In this document: positions 32,246 through 42,924 of the stretch, in pieces
Numbering within the stretch: the stretch's first letter is position 1
Layout of the letters: each line of letters begins with the position of its first letter
Origin: Nitrospirota bacterium
GTDB taxonomy: Bacteria; Nitrospirota; UBA9217
NCBI GenBank assembly: GCA_963663225.1
Contig: OY760142.1
Coordinates: forward strand, 3,168,001-3,232,000
Direction of reading: 5' to 3'
Length of the DNA stretch: 64,000 nt
Position numbers and translations under genes: made by a program
The notes under the pieces: generated by a model
Told to the model about the DNA's origin: nothing
Seen by the model: the letters and a program-made list of their open reading frames with translations, nothing else
The model's database searches: none

Positions 32246-33505
32246 TTACCTTAAGGGAAGAATGACCCTGAATGCCGTCCCTTTTCCTTCGCTGCTTTCC
32301 ACAGCGATCCGGCCGCCATGAGACAGAACGATCTTGTGTACAAGGGCAAGGCCGAGTCCGGTCCCTTTTTCCTTCGTTGTATAGAACGGAAGGAATATTT
32401 TCTTGATGTTTTCCGGGGGGATCCCTATGCCTGTATCGCGAATAGAAATTTTCAGTTCTCTTTTTTTTTCGACCTCAATCGTAAGCGTCCCGCCGTCCGG
32501 CATTGCCTCGATTGCGTTTTGAATCAGATTCGTAAACGCCTGCTTCATCAGCACTTCGTCAACACCTGTTTCCACATCATCCAGCTTCAAATCGGTCGTA
32601 ATGCGGGAATCCGCGCCGGTCGCCTGCAGTGCGGCGGCAAGACAGTTTTCGAGCATTTCGCGAATATTGACTTTGACTCGGTTCAGGGAAGCCGGACGCG
32701 CGAACGTCAACAAGTCCCCGATGATCCGGTTCATGCCGCTCACTTCATTCGTAATGTCCCGAATAATGTTCTGGTGTTCCGGCCCCATCTTTTTTGACAG
32801 CAAATTCAGATACCCGCTGATCACCGCCATGGGGTTACGGAGTTCATGTGCGATGCCGGCCGACATCTCGCCGAGTGCGGTCAGCCGCTCCCTGAGTTCC
32901 ATCTGTTCCTGAAGCTGCTTAACCTGGGTAAGGTCTGAAAAAGAGAAGATAACGCCGATTGCCTCTCCGCGCCGGTCCGTCAGCACGACGGTATTGTAGC
33001 CGAGCCAGCGTTTCCCTGAAGGGCAGTCGATCGGAGACTCCATTCTTGCGGACGGCAATCTGGTCTCAAGAGTGTCCTGGATTGTTTTGGATATCTCTCC
33101 GGTGAGGAACAAATCCCGGCACGTTGTGCCGATCACCTGCTCCCGCTTCACGCCGAGGACTTCTTCAGCTGCCCTGTTGATCGTGGTCAGAAGGCAGCTG
33201 CGGTCAAATGTCATTACCCCGCTCGTCACGCACTGGAGGATGTTCTCATTGTAGCTCTCCACGTTTTCTGCGCGCTGCTCCGCCAGCAGCTTGAGGCGCT
33301 CCAGCTCTTTTTCCTTTTCTTTGAGTTGTTTTGTCACTTCATGGAAAGCGCTGATGATGAAAGCAGTCTCGGTAGATTTCTCGCGGGTCTCTTTTTCAAC
33401 ACCAAAGCGGCGGCGGTACCGGCGTGCCAGGCTCCAGATGAGCAGTGCTCCCGAAAAAAGAATCAATGCTCCGAGAACCATTATGAGAATGCTATGACCG
33501 GTCAT
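32246..33505 (-). CDS. PAS-domain sensor histidine kinase (PilS-like)
   Basis: ATGA overlap with the pilD stop; TM helix, PAS, AHELRNP, NLIQNA, DTGIGI, GTGLGL. Confidence 0.9.
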   Translation of the reverse strand: MTGHSILIMVLGALILFSGALLIWSLARRYRRRFGVEKETREKSTETAFIISAFHEVTKQLKEKEKELERLKLLAEQRAENVESYNENILQCVTSGVMTFDRSCLLTTINRAAEEVLGVKREQVIGTTCRDLFLTGEISKTIQDTLETRLPSARMESPIDCPSGKRWLGYNTVVLTDRRGEAIGVIFSFSDLTQVKQLQEQMELRERLTALGEMSAGIAHELRNPMAVISGYLNLLSKKMGPEHQNIIRDITNEVSGMNRIIGDLLTFARPASLNRVKVNIREMLENCLAAALQATGADSRITTDLKLDDVETGVDEVLMKQAFTNLIQNAIEAMPDGGTLTIEVEKKRELKISIRDTGIGIPPENIKKIFLPFYTTKEKGTGLGLALVHKIVLSHGGRIAVESSEGKGTAFRVILPLR

Positions 33506-34332
33506 AGTCGGATCAGGCCGAGATACCATGAAATAATATCAGAACTGTAGAAAGCAGTCACCAGGGCGCCGAGCGCCAGAAAAGGCCCGAACGGAATCAC
33601 TTTTTCCATGGTTTGGCGTTTCAGTGCTATGAGAAGAAGTCCTGCAACAGATCCGGTGAGAGCGCCGAGCATAATGGTAAGAATAGCCCCCTTCCATCCG
33701 AGGAAACTTCCTACCATGCCCATGAGTTTAACATCTCCTCCGCCCATGGCTTCTACATTGCGAAGTTTTTCCCAGAGCCATCCGATGGCAAAAAGAGGAC
33801 CTCCTCCGAGCAGCAAACCGATAAGTGAATTCAGAAACCCTGTAAGGTACGGGCCCGCCTGCGGCAGAACGCGGTCCAGGTGGAACGGAAGAGGATCGCC
33901 AAGCGCCGACATGAAAAACGGTGCAAGAGTAAGCCCCACCAGCATGCCCGGCAGGGTAATGACATCGGGTATGATCTGATGGTCATAATCGATGAAGGTG
34001 ATAACAAGCAGGGAAGAGCAGAAAAGCATGAGCAGAATCGCCTCTCCGCCGATTTGAAACTCACCGACCACCCAGACATACAGAAGTCCGTTCAGAAATT
34101 CAACAAGCGGGTAGCGCCACGATATAGGCTCTTTGCAGTACCGGCACTTGCCCCGAAGCAGAAGAAAGCTGAACAGGGGAATATTGTCATAAAACCGTAT
34201 CGGGGACTTGCACCGGGGGCAGTGGGATGGCGGAGAAACAATTGAGCGGCCGCGCGGCAGGCGAAGGATGCAGACGTTCAGAAAACTCCCGATGATGAGA
34301 CCGATAACAAAAACTGCAATGCTCATCATCAT
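33502..34332 (-). CDS. pilD: Type 4 prepilin peptidase/N-methyltransferase
   Basis: GSFLNVCI.RLP, SHCPRC...CRYC, FIDYDH, MGGGDVKL, IPFGPFL. Confidence 0.93.
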   Translation of the reverse strand: MMMSIAVFVIGLIIGSFLNVCILRLPRGRSIVSPPSHCPRCKSPIRFYDNIPLFSFLLLRGKCRYCKEPISWRYPLVEFLNGLLYVWVVGEFQIGGEAILLMLFCSSLLVITFIDYDHQIIPDVITLPGMLVGLTLAPFFMSALGDPLPFHLDRVLPQAGPYLTGFLNSLIGLLLGGGPLFAIGWLWEKLRNVEAMGGGDVKLMGMVGSFLGWKGAILTIMLGALTGSVAGLLLIALKRQTMEKVIPFGPFLALGALVTAFYSSDIISWYLGLIRL

Positions 34333-34697
34333 AAGGAGGAATCCTCCTTCTGTTTCCTGACCGGTGCGAGCGCTTCTTGTTCTATCCTGATCTCGTTGAG
34401 AAGCTCTTCAACTTCCTTCTTTTGCTCGATCAGCTCGCTCAGCGCGCTGGAAATGGTTTCATCGTTCAACAGTTGCTCGGTGGTCTTGGGAATGTCCCCC
34501 CCGTTTTTCAAATCAACCACTTTCTGGCCTATGACCTGGTATTGACGAGCAATGTCTTTCTGGATGTCGTTAATCTTGATCCGCAGGCGGACAATCGAAA
34601 TTTCCGCCTTCACCCGTTCGGAAAAAACCGCGGCGAACGCGACGATTTTCTGCACGCCTTTCTGCATATTTACAACCGATTTTTCCCAGATTGTCAT
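34329..34697 (-). CDS. Hypothetical coiled-coil protein
   Basis: GAGGT RBS, ATGA overlap with pilD. Confidence 0.7.
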   Translation of the reverse strand: MTIWEKSVVNMQKGVQKIVAFAAVFSERVKAEISIVRLRIKINDIQKDIARQYQVIGQKVVDLKNGGDIPKTTEQLLNDETISSALSELIEQKKEVEELLNEIRIEQEALAPVRKQKEDSSL

Positions 34698-34761
34698 CTG
34701 ACGACCTCGTGATTGTCTTTCCTTTGGAAAAAAAAGACAATATCCGCCGCACTACGTGCAT

Positions 34762-34790
34762 ACTGTATCAGAATACCGCGAAAATATCAA
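34762..34790 (-). promoter_or_regulatory. sigma70-like promoter for the hypothetical-pilD operon, overlapping the recG stop
   Basis: TTGATA-17 nt-TACAGT. Confidence 0.45.
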
Positions 34791-37234
34791 CCTACGCCGG
34801 CCAGGCGAAGCTTTCCCTGCCACTTTCTGCGGAGTGTTTCCCGGAGCAGCGGATGCTGTGCAAGAACAGGATCACAGGTCGCCAGGTCGAACGCCTCTGC
34901 CCGGGCCTGTTCAAGCAGATCGGCGTCCCGGATGATGTTGGCGGCACGAAGGTCCGGAAGCCCCGATTGACGCGTTCCGAAAAACTCCCCGGGCCCCCGC
35001 ATCCGCAGATCTTCTTCGGCTATTTTAAAACCGTCGTTTGTACGTATAAATGCATCCAGCCGTTCCCTCGCCTCTTCCGCAAACATTCTCGGTCCCATGA
35101 GCAGGCAATACGACTGATGCCCGCTTCTGCCGACGCGGCCCCGAAGCTGGTGCAGCTGAGCCAGGCCGAAGCGCTCGGGATGTTCGATCACCATCGCGGT
35201 GGCGTTCGGAACATCCACACCGACCTCGATGACCGTTGTCGAAACAAGAATATCCAGGGCGCCTGATGAGAACAGGGTCATGACCTTGTCTTTTTCATCA
35301 GACTTCATCCGGCCGTGGACCAGTCCCACTTTTCGCTGCGGGAAAATATCCTTTTGCAGATGCTCCGCCATTTCAGTTGCCGCTTTCAAATCACTTTTTT
35401 CGGTTTCTTCTACAAGAGGGTACACCACGTATGCCTGCCGCCCTTTTCTCAGTTCGTTTTCAATGAACTGGTATGCCTCCCTGCGGCGGCTTTCGAAATA
35501 CAGTCTGGTTACAATAGGATTCCTGCCGGGAGGCAATTCATCGATCACGGACACATCAACGTCGCCATATACGGTAAGTGCCAGCGTTCGGGGAATCGGC
35601 GTAGCCGTCATGATAAGCACATCCGGTTCATATCCCTTGGAGGTGAGTGTTGAGCGCTGCATCACGCCAAAACGGTGCTGCTCATCAATAACGGCCAGGC
35701 CGAGGCGTTTGAATTTCACGTCTTCTTCAATAAGCGCATGGGTCCCGATTATAATATGGGCCGTTCCGGACGCAATTTCAGCAAGTAAAGCCTCTCGTTC
35801 CTTCTTCCTGATGCGGCCCGTAAGAGACCGGACGGCAATGCCGAGAGGGGCGGACAAGAAAGATATATTTCTATAATGCTGCTCCGCAAGAATTTCCGTC
35901 GGCGCCATAATGCATGCCTGATAATCGTTTTCGACAGCCATCAGCGCGGCAATCAGGGCGACAATGGTTTTGCCGCAGCCGACATCTCCCTGAACCAGCC
36001 TGTTCATCGGCTGTTCAGCAATCATGTCCCGCTTGATTTCGGCAATCACCCGTTCTTGCGCGTGCGTCAGGGTAAAAGGAAGTTTTTTTCGGAACGCCGA
36101 TTCCAGCTTTCCGGCATCATGGAATGAAATTCCCTTTTTTTCTCGAGAGGAGCCCTGTTTTCTGAGCGCAAGACCCAGTTCCAGCAAAAAAAGCTCCTCA
36201 TAACTCAGCCGTTGATGTGCAGGGCTCATACCGCGGTTCAGCATGGAGATGTCTTTTGTCAGTTCCGGAAAATGGACTTCGCGTAAAGCTTCGGCAATTC
36301 GAATGAATGAATGTTTTTTGATGATTTCTTCAGGAATAACGTCCGGTACAAAGGCCCCACAGGAATCAAGAACAGTTTTCAGAAGGCTGCGGACAACACG
36401 CACGGATAGTCCTGCAGTCGTACGGTAGATGGGAACAATTCTGCCGGTATGTAGGAGGGCGTCCGGTTCGTTTTCATCCATGATCTCATATTCAGGATTA
36501 TCGATTTGTGCCAGACCGCCCCGGTAAGGATTGGACTTCACAATGCCGGAAAGGATCACGGTCTGGCCCGCTCGAAACACCTTTTGCATGAAAGGCTGGT
36601 TAAACCAGGAGCCAATCAGTATCCCGCTCTTGTCCGTAATAACCAGCTCGAAAATTTTGAGACGGCGTCGGCGCGTAGAAACAACTTCCGCAGAAACCAC
36701 GCTTCCCGACACCGTTTCATAGCTGCCATAGGAAATTCTTCCAATTTTTTTTAAATTTCCCCGGTCTTCATAGCGCCAGGGAAGGTAAAAAAGCGCATCT
36801 TCCAGGGTATAAATGTCAAGTTTTTTGAGGAGTTCCGCCCGCTTGGGGCCTATGCCTTTGCAATATTGGATGGGAGCGTCCGGCCGCAGACGGGGGTGGC
36901 CTTCTGATTGCGCCGGCTCAGGAACGAGCTCCTGCCGGGAAACGCTTGGGCTGTCTTTAAGTGCGTTGATGTGCTGCTGCAAAGTTTCCAATAGAGACAG
37001 CGCACGAAGAATTCTCTCTTTTTTGTGCTCTGCCGGCAACGTGTCGAATCCGGAAAAAAGCGCCTCTATTTCACCGAGGCCGGCAAGGTCCTGTTTTATT
37101 CGCTTCAGTTCGGCAAACTGTATCCGCATGAACGCTTCAATGGCGCCAAGACTTTTGAGATGCAGAAAATCATCCTTGCGAGCGAAACTCAGCGGCTTTT
37201 TGATTCTTTCAAGAATAGTTTCGAATCCGCCCAT
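34787..37234 (-). CDS. recG: ATP-dependent DNA helicase RecG
   Basis: Wedge domain WFNQ, QGDVGCGKT, DEQHRFG, MTATPIPR, QLRGRVGR, DLRMRGPGE. Confidence 0.96.
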   Translation of the reverse strand: MGGFETILERIKKPLSFARKDDFLHLKSLGAIEAFMRIQFAELKRIKQDLAGLGEIEALFSGFDTLPAEHKKERILRALSLLETLQQHINALKDSPSVSRQELVPEPAQSEGHPRLRPDAPIQYCKGIGPKRAELLKKLDIYTLEDALFYLPWRYEDRGNLKKIGRISYGSYETVSGSVVSAEVVSTRRRRLKIFELVITDKSGILIGSWFNQPFMQKVFRAGQTVILSGIVKSNPYRGGLAQIDNPEYEIMDENEPDALLHTGRIVPIYRTTAGLSVRVVRSLLKTVLDSCGAFVPDVIPEEIIKKHSFIRIAEALREVHFPELTKDISMLNRGMSPAHQRLSYEELFLLELGLALRKQGSSREKKGISFHDAGKLESAFRKKLPFTLTHAQERVIAEIKRDMIAEQPMNRLVQGDVGCGKTIVALIAALMAVENDYQACIMAPTEILAEQHYRNISFLSAPLGIAVRSLTGRIRKKEREALLAEIASGTAHIIIGTHALIEEDVKFKRLGLAVIDEQHRFGVMQRSTLTSKGYEPDVLIMTATPIPRTLALTVYGDVDVSVIDELPPGRNPIVTRLYFESRRREAYQFIENELRKGRQAYVVYPLVEETEKSDLKAATEMAEHLQKDIFPQRKVGLVHGRMKSDEKDKVMTLFSSGALDILVSTTVIEVGVDVPNATAMVIEHPERFGLAQLHQLRGRVGRSGHQSYCLLMGPRMFAEEARERLDAFIRTNDGFKIAEEDLRMRGPGEFFGTRQSGLPDLRAANIIRDADLLEQARAEAFDLATCDPVLAQHPLLRETLRRKWQGKLRLAGVG

Positions 37235-37242
37235 ACGATGGT

Positions 37243-37271
37243 AGTGTAGAGTATTTTGGCTGGTTTGTCGA
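37243..37271 (-). promoter_or_regulatory. sigma70-like promoter of recG (near-leaderless)
   Basis: TCGACA-17 nt-TACACT, then 8 nt to ATG. Confidence 0.5.
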
Positions 37272-37427
37272 GAAAAAGTACTGTTGAGGAAGTGCCGTGT
37301 GAGGTGCGCTTCGGCACTGTGGCGGGTTTAATCTTTATACCTGAACCTGATTACGACGGCAGAAAAAGCACTGCATACGGGGTGAACGAGTTCGATCCAT
37401 CATCACAACAATAATTCTGAATCTGCA

Positions 37428-38840
37428 TCAAACATTCGATTTGATGCTGTCTTCCTGGATCCCCAGTACCCTGTCGATAATATCGGCAAGCTCGGTATCG
37501 TAATCATGAGTCAGAGTGAACACCCTGCATTGCACCACGCGTGCAGGAATGTAATCGAAGAATTCCTTCAGCGGTTCTTTCTCCACCTTGTGGGTTGAAG
37601 GATTGAACACGTATATCTGGCGATCGCCCATCATCAGAGGATTGATCGGGCGCGGGTCCTGAGTGGCCATGTCAACCCTGAACTGGATGTTCTTTAGTTT
37701 AAGAGGCAGTGCTTTCAAGATCTTTTTCCGCAGTTCTGCCTCATCGATGATGGTTTTTCCTTTCTCGAATACGCGCATGGAGAGCGTAACGTCATACGCC
37801 ATTTTCCATTTGACGTCCCTGGCAAGGATGCCGATCCATTCGCGCCCGAGCGACGCCAGTGCGCTGTTTTTGCTGCCTCCCCACTTCCGCACGGTTTCAA
37901 GCAATGACCAATCGGTCAGTTCGAGATACCCGGAAAGATTGTCCAGCGGATTGTAGGGAAAGAGGTGTTCCATCGTGTCTTTAAAAAGCTCTTTCAAGTG
38001 TTCATCGATGGCCCGCGTGGTGCGGTGATAATACACATTGGTATACATGTACAGCCGGGCGTTCAGGAACATATTCAACGCCGAAAGGCCTGCCTTATGG
38101 AGGGTCAATCCCTTATCGGTAAAAAAAGTATAATACAGCAGCCGGTCTATATCTATAGCGCCGGTCGAGACGCCGCACATATAGGCATCACGCAGCACAT
38201 AGTCAAGATTGTCCACCGTATAAATGCCTGAGAGCATGGGCTGGAGAAATACCAGCCACCGGGGCTGCTTCGAATTTGCGGTTGTTCCTTTGCCGATGAG
38301 AAACGCGATATGCTCGGAATTCAGCTTCGGGTCGCTTTTTGCGAAATCTCCCGAAGGACTGCGGCGGATGGAGCGAATAATTTCCGTGAAATCCTTTTTT
38401 ATAATATGCTGGCCCACTTTTTCATGTGTCAGCCCAAACTGGTCGAGATAGTTGTCATCAAAAAAATGTCCGAAAGGACCGTGTCCGATGTCGTGCAGCA
38501 ATGCCGCGACCCGAAGAAGCTCCTCGATAAAATTCGCCGAAGGACAGTCCGGTACGAGCGCTTTCAGAGAGGGATACAGGTGACGGGCAAATCTGCCTGC
38601 CAAATGCATCGCGCCGAGTGAATGCTGAAACCTGCTGTGCTCCGCCGACGGATAAACCCAGCGGGCGCTCTGGAGCTGGTATATGCGGCGAAGCCGCTGC
38701 ATCCACGGAGTGTCAAGCAGATTCTTTTCGGTAATATCATCCTCTCCCCGGGGAGTAGTGAATGAAATATACCCATGAACAGGATCGCCGAGAAGGGCCG
38801 TGCCTTCATACAATTCTTCGCCTTTTTTAATCTCACGCAT
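37428..38840 (-). CDS. HD-domain phosphohydrolase (SAMHD1-like dNTP triphosphohydrolase family)
   Basis: DPVHGYI, QRLRRIYQL, HSRFQHSLG, LLHDIGHGPFGH, DNLDYVLRD, VYYHRT. Confidence 0.88.
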   Translation of the reverse strand: MREIKKGEELYEGTALLGDPVHGYISFTTPRGEDDITEKNLLDTPWMQRLRRIYQLQSARWVYPSAEHSRFQHSLGAMHLAGRFARHLYPSLKALVPDCPSANFIEELLRVAALLHDIGHGPFGHFFDDNYLDQFGLTHEKVGQHIIKKDFTEIIRSIRRSPSGDFAKSDPKLNSEHIAFLIGKGTTANSKQPRWLVFLQPMLSGIYTVDNLDYVLRDAYMCGVSTGAIDIDRLLYYTFFTDKGLTLHKAGLSALNMFLNARLYMYTNVYYHRTTRAIDEHLKELFKDTMEHLFPYNPLDNLSGYLELTDWSLLETVRKWGGSKNSALASLGREWIGILARDVKWKMAYDVTLSMRVFEKGKTIIDEAELRKKILKALPLKLKNIQFRVDMATQDPRPINPLMMGDRQIYVFNPSTHKVEKEPLKEFFDYIPARVVQCRVFTLTHDYDTELADIIDRVLGIQEDSIKSNV

Positions 38841-38846
38841 AAAAAT

Positions 38847-38874
38847 ATTATACCGGGAAACGCCGGTGAGTCAA
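38847..38874 (-). promoter_or_regulatory. sigma70 promoter of the HD gene (leaderless architecture)
   Basis: TTGACT-16 nt-TATAAT, then 6 nt to ATG 38840; no SD. Confidence 0.65.
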
Positions 38875-38979
38875 CTTCATTTTGTCGGGTGCCACTGTAC
38901 AATTTTATTGCTATAAATAACCATGCAAAAAGAAATAAAATTTAGTATAATGGCGCGCAGGAATACGGGGAGGAGCCGA

Positions 38980-39828
38980 GTGCAGACATTATTCACGTAT
39001 CTTACGAGGCAGTCTGAATCCGTCAAGCTCATTATTACCATTATCGTGACCATTGCAGTAGGCATTATCGACTATCTCACCGGTATTGAACTTTCGGTCC
39101 ACTTGCTGTATATTCTGCCGGTTTTTATAAGCACCTGGTTTCTCAGCACCGGAGCGGGGGTCGCCTTTTCCGTCGTCTGCACCGTAATCTGGGCGCTTTC
39201 TGACAATATTTTTTCCCGCAGCTATAACTCCCCTCTCATTCCCTACTGGAATTTTTGCATGTGCCTGGGATTTTTGCTCGTGACCAGCGCCTTGCTGGGA
39301 CTCCTTAAAACATCCCTTGAACAGGAACGGCAAGTGGCAAGAACCGATTTTCTGACGGGAGCGGTAAGCAGAAGACACTTCCTCGAACTGGCAGAAGCTG
39401 AAATAAACAGAGCCCGCAGATATACCCATCCCTTTACCGCTGTTTATATTGATATCGATAATTTCAAGGCAGTCAACGACACATTCGGACATGATATCGG
39501 TGATGAACTGCTCATACATGTAGTGTCCATGATTAAAGACCAGATTCGGGCTTCAGATATTATTGCGCGGCTTGGCGGCGACGAATTCATGATTTTCTTC
39601 CCTGAAACCGGTTCGGAAACGGCAATGTCGGCTATTGATAAAGTGCGGAAAGTCCTTTTGCAGGCCATGATAAAAAACAACTGGCCCGTCACTTTCAGTT
39701 TCGGAATGGTAACGTTTACCACTCCCCCCTGGTCCGTTGACCATATGATCAAGCTTACCGACGATCTCATGTATGAAGGCAAAAAATCCGGCAAAGACAC
39801 GATAAAACACGAAGTGTATCGCGGTTGA
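38980..39828 (+). CDS. Membrane-bound diguanylate cyclase
   Basis: GAGGAG RBS before GTG 38980; about four TM helices; DIDNFKAVNDTFGH, RASD I-site, intact GGDEF. Confidence 0.9.
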   Translation: MQTLFTYLTRQSESVKLIITIIVTIAVGIIDYLTGIELSVHLLYILPVFISTWFLSTGAGVAFSVVCTVIWALSDNIFSRSYNSPLIPYWNFCMCLGFLLVTSALLGLLKTSLEQERQVARTDFLTGAVSRRHFLELAEAEINRARRYTHPFTAVYIDIDNFKAVNDTFGHDIGDELLIHVVSMIKDQIRASDIIARLGGDEFMIFFPETGSETAMSAIDKVRKVLLQAMIKNNWPVTFSFGMVTFTTPPWSVDHMIKLTDDLMYEGKKSGKDTIKHEVYRG

Positions 39829-39848
39829 ATATCAGGCGAGGCTGTTTG

Positions 39849-41246
39849 TCACGTCGTTTTTCGCTTACCACACTTTGTCTGTGGAAATATTTTTCCCGGA
39901 TTCATAATATTATTCGGGTCAAGCGCATACTTGATTCTCTGCATGGCGTTTATCGTGGCCGTTCCGTACTCCATCGGCAAATAGGCAGCTTTTGAAATGC
40001 CGACGCCGTGCTCTCCGGTAATGCTCCCGCCAAAACGAAGCGTCGCTTCAAAAACTTCCTTCGCCGCTTCATGCGCTCTCGGCAGGTCCTCTTCGGCGGC
40101 CATGATATTCGTATGAATATTGCCATCTCCCGCGTGGCCGAAATTCACGATCAGAAATCCGTATCGTTGTGCGATGCCGTCTATTTCCCGTAAGATATCA
40201 GGAATTTTGCTGCGAGGCACAACAATATCCTCGTTCACTTTTTCGAGATTCAATGTCTTGAGCGCCGGGGAAAGGGCTCGCCGTGCCTTCCAAAGATGCT
40301 CCCGCTCCTCCTCGGACCGGGCCCTGTTTACACGGAGTGCGTTCAGGCCGGCCAGAATTTGCTCAATGCGGCCTGCCTCCCGCTCGGTCGTTTCCTCAGC
40401 CCCATCCACTTCGACAAGCAGCATGGCGGCCGCCCCTCCTGACACATCTTCGCCGAGGTGGGTTTCCACGGCCTTCAACGACGCTTGGTCGACAAATTCA
40501 AGGGCGCGCGGAATGATCCTGCTTTTCATGATCTCCAGGATGGCCCGTCCTGCCGTCTGAATGTCTGCAAAAAAAGCGGACAGCGTCTTGACGGTTTCCG
40601 GAAGCGGCAGGAGCTTAACGGTAATCAAGGTGACAACACCGAGCGTTCCTTCGGATCCGACGATGAGTTTTGTCAGATCGTAGCCCGCCACGCTCTTCAT
40701 TGTCCGCGCTCCGGTGGTAATAATCTCCCCTGTCGGCAGAACAACTTCCAGGCCAAGCACATAGTCCTTGGTCACTCCATATTTAACTGCACGGAGCCCT
40801 CCTGCGCATTCCGCGACGTTCCCGCCGATGGTGCTTGTATCGTGGCTGGCCGGGTCCGGAGGATAAAAAAGCCCCCGCGATTCCACTTCGAGCTGCAACG
40901 TTCCCGTTATTACTCCCGGTTCCACCACGGCAATGAGGTTGTCCTCATCAATTTCTCTGATTCTGTTCATCCGCTCAAGTGATAAAACGATGCCTCCGCA
41001 TACCGGCACTGCTCCGCCGGACATGCCTGTTCCTGCTCCGCGCGGGACCACGGGAATCCGCTGATGGTTGGCGAGGGAGAGAATGTCCGATACCTGACTT
41101 GCAGTCACAGGCAGAACCACTGCCCAAGGGAGCGATTCGTGGCGGGTGGCGTCACGCGCGTATGGCTCCAGCTCTGTGGATGCCGTGATAACGCCGGAAG
41201 GACCGACGATCTTTTTTAATTTATCGATAAAAGTTTTTTTAAGCAT
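39849..41246 (-). CDS. glcD: FAD-linked oxidase, glycolate oxidase GlcD-like subunit
   Basis: PRGAGTGMSGG, FYPPDPAS, GSEGTLG, FGHAGDGNIH, GEHGVG, DPNNIMNPGKIF. Confidence 0.85.
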   Translation of the reverse strand: MLKKTFIDKLKKIVGPSGVITASTELEPYARDATRHESLPWAVVLPVTASQVSDILSLANHQRIPVVPRGAGTGMSGGAVPVCGGIVLSLERMNRIREIDEDNLIAVVEPGVITGTLQLEVESRGLFYPPDPASHDTSTIGGNVAECAGGLRAVKYGVTKDYVLGLEVVLPTGEIITTGARTMKSVAGYDLTKLIVGSEGTLGVVTLITVKLLPLPETVKTLSAFFADIQTAGRAILEIMKSRIIPRALEFVDQASLKAVETHLGEDVSGGAAAMLLVEVDGAEETTEREAGRIEQILAGLNALRVNRARSEEEREHLWKARRALSPALKTLNLEKVNEDIVVPRSKIPDILREIDGIAQRYGFLIVNFGHAGDGNIHTNIMAAEEDLPRAHEAAKEVFEATLRFGGSITGEHGVGISKAAYLPMEYGTATINAMQRIKYALDPNNIMNPGKIFPQTKCGKRKTT

Positions 41247-42819
41247 ATACTCGATAATCAATGTCCGGGAAAATATTGTCCAAAAGTTCTATGCCGTCAA
41301 GCCAGTCCTGGTCGACGTGTCCCTCCCGGATATCATAATACAGTCTGGTGAAGCGGAGGATGTGTTCCTTCGTTCTGCGCACCGCATAATCGACATGGCT
41401 GCCAGTCTTCAAAATAAAAGCCCAGTCAGAGCTTTGCGCGAGAAGCACCTCCCGCGCCGCCTGGTTCAACGCCCGCTTCTGCAAGCCTTCGCTTTGAGAA
41501 AAAATCCTCGCCAGTTCCACCATCCGCTCAGCCGCTTTATGAAGATGCCGGTATATCCAGTCATTTGATCCGTCAAGCCATACTTCGGCATATCCCTTGT
41601 ATCCCCAACTCGACAGGGACGGGGCTGCAACCTGACATTTCGGGTTTTCCTGCAGATACTCGGATGGAGTAATCAACCGTACGGTTTTTTGATCGAATAC
41701 AGTTTTCCGGATCAGGTAATCAATCCAGTTGGGACCTTCGAACCACCAATGCCCGAACAGCTCGGAATCATACGGGGCAACAATAATGGGCTTTCGTCCC
41801 TGGAAGAGACCGGCCAGCCACTCCACTTGTTTTTCCCTGTTGAACAGAAAATTGCCGGCATGCTCCGCGGCCCTCTGCAGCGCCCAGTGGCGGATATAGG
41901 GGTCTTTTTGGTCCGACTCACCTGTAATTTTGTAATACTTGACGCCGAGATTGACGCGGATGCCGTCAGGATGAAGATACGGCTTAACATATTCATGATC
42001 CAGATCAAACCCCGCATCCCGGTAAAAGTCTCGATAATTATAATCTCCGGGATACCCCTCTATGGAACTCCAGACTTGCTTGGATGATTCAATATCCCTG
42101 CCGAAAGCCGCCACACCGGAAGGGCAATAAACAGGCGCATAGACACCGTACTTTGGACGCGGCAATGCATTGGAAATGCCGTGTGAGTCCGTAAAGAAAT
42201 ATCGTATGCCTGCATCCTTCAGAATTTCGTCAAGTCCCTCGTAATACCCGCATTCCGGCAGCCAGATGCCCCTGGGTGCCCGGCCGAAGTGTGTTTTATA
42301 ATGCTCCACGGCAATCATAATCTGCGCCCGTACTGCCTGTGGGTTCTGCATCAGCGGCAGAAAGGCATGCGTGGCAGCGCAGGTAATAATTTCCAACCTG
42401 CCGAGGTCCTGGAATTTGCGAAATGCCTGTATAAGATTGCATCCGTATTTTTCTTCAAATACGGAGCGGGCGTTTTTGAACATGTCTTCGTACATCCGGG
42501 CAAGCGGGTTGAATTCCGGCTGATCGGAAGTCCGGTCAATTTCTTTTCCGGCAAGCTCAATGAGCCTGTTAATATGCCGAATATACCGTTGCTGAAGCAG
42601 CGGGTCGACAAGCATCGAAACAAGCGTGGGCGAAAGGCTCATCGTGATCCGGAAATCAACATTGTCATCCACCAGCCCGTCAAAAACATTGATTAGTGGT
42701 ATATACGTTTCCGTTATCGCTTCGTACAACCAGTCCTCTTCCAGAAACCGGTCGTGTTCCGGGTGTCTTACATAGGGTAAATGGCTGTGCAGCACCAAAG
42801 CCAGATAACCTTTTTCCAT
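41239..42819 (-). CDS. GH57 1,4-alpha-glucan branching enzyme (DUF1957)
   Basis: LHSHLPYVRH, ETYIPL, WLPECGY, PYDSELFGHWWFEG, AQSSDWAF. Confidence 0.92.
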   Translation of the reverse strand: MEKGYLALVLHSHLPYVRHPEHDRFLEEDWLYEAITETYIPLINVFDGLVDDNVDFRITMSLSPTLVSMLVDPLLQQRYIRHINRLIELAGKEIDRTSDQPEFNPLARMYEDMFKNARSVFEEKYGCNLIQAFRKFQDLGRLEIITCAATHAFLPLMQNPQAVRAQIMIAVEHYKTHFGRAPRGIWLPECGYYEGLDEILKDAGIRYFFTDSHGISNALPRPKYGVYAPVYCPSGVAAFGRDIESSKQVWSSIEGYPGDYNYRDFYRDAGFDLDHEYVKPYLHPDGIRVNLGVKYYKITGESDQKDPYIRHWALQRAAEHAGNFLFNREKQVEWLAGLFQGRKPIIVAPYDSELFGHWWFEGPNWIDYLIRKTVFDQKTVRLITPSEYLQENPKCQVAAPSLSSWGYKGYAEVWLDGSNDWIYRHLHKAAERMVELARIFSQSEGLQKRALNQAAREVLLAQSSDWAFILKTGSHVDYAVRRTKEHILRFTRLYYDIREGHVDQDWLDGIELLDNIFPDIDYRVYA

Positions 42820-42896
42820 TCTTCCTCCGAGGAGAGCTGTGCAGAGCGCAGGTCGCAGGTGCGACCGTACGCAGGCGAAATTCTAGAGACCAAAAG

Positions 42897-42924
42897 AAAA
42901 GTCCATCCGCTTTGGATGGACTTT
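42897..42924 (-). terminator. Intrinsic terminator between the DUF4912 and GH57 genes
   Basis: AAAGTCCATCC-loop-GGATGGACTTT followed by a T-rich tract on the minus strand. Confidence 0.7.
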
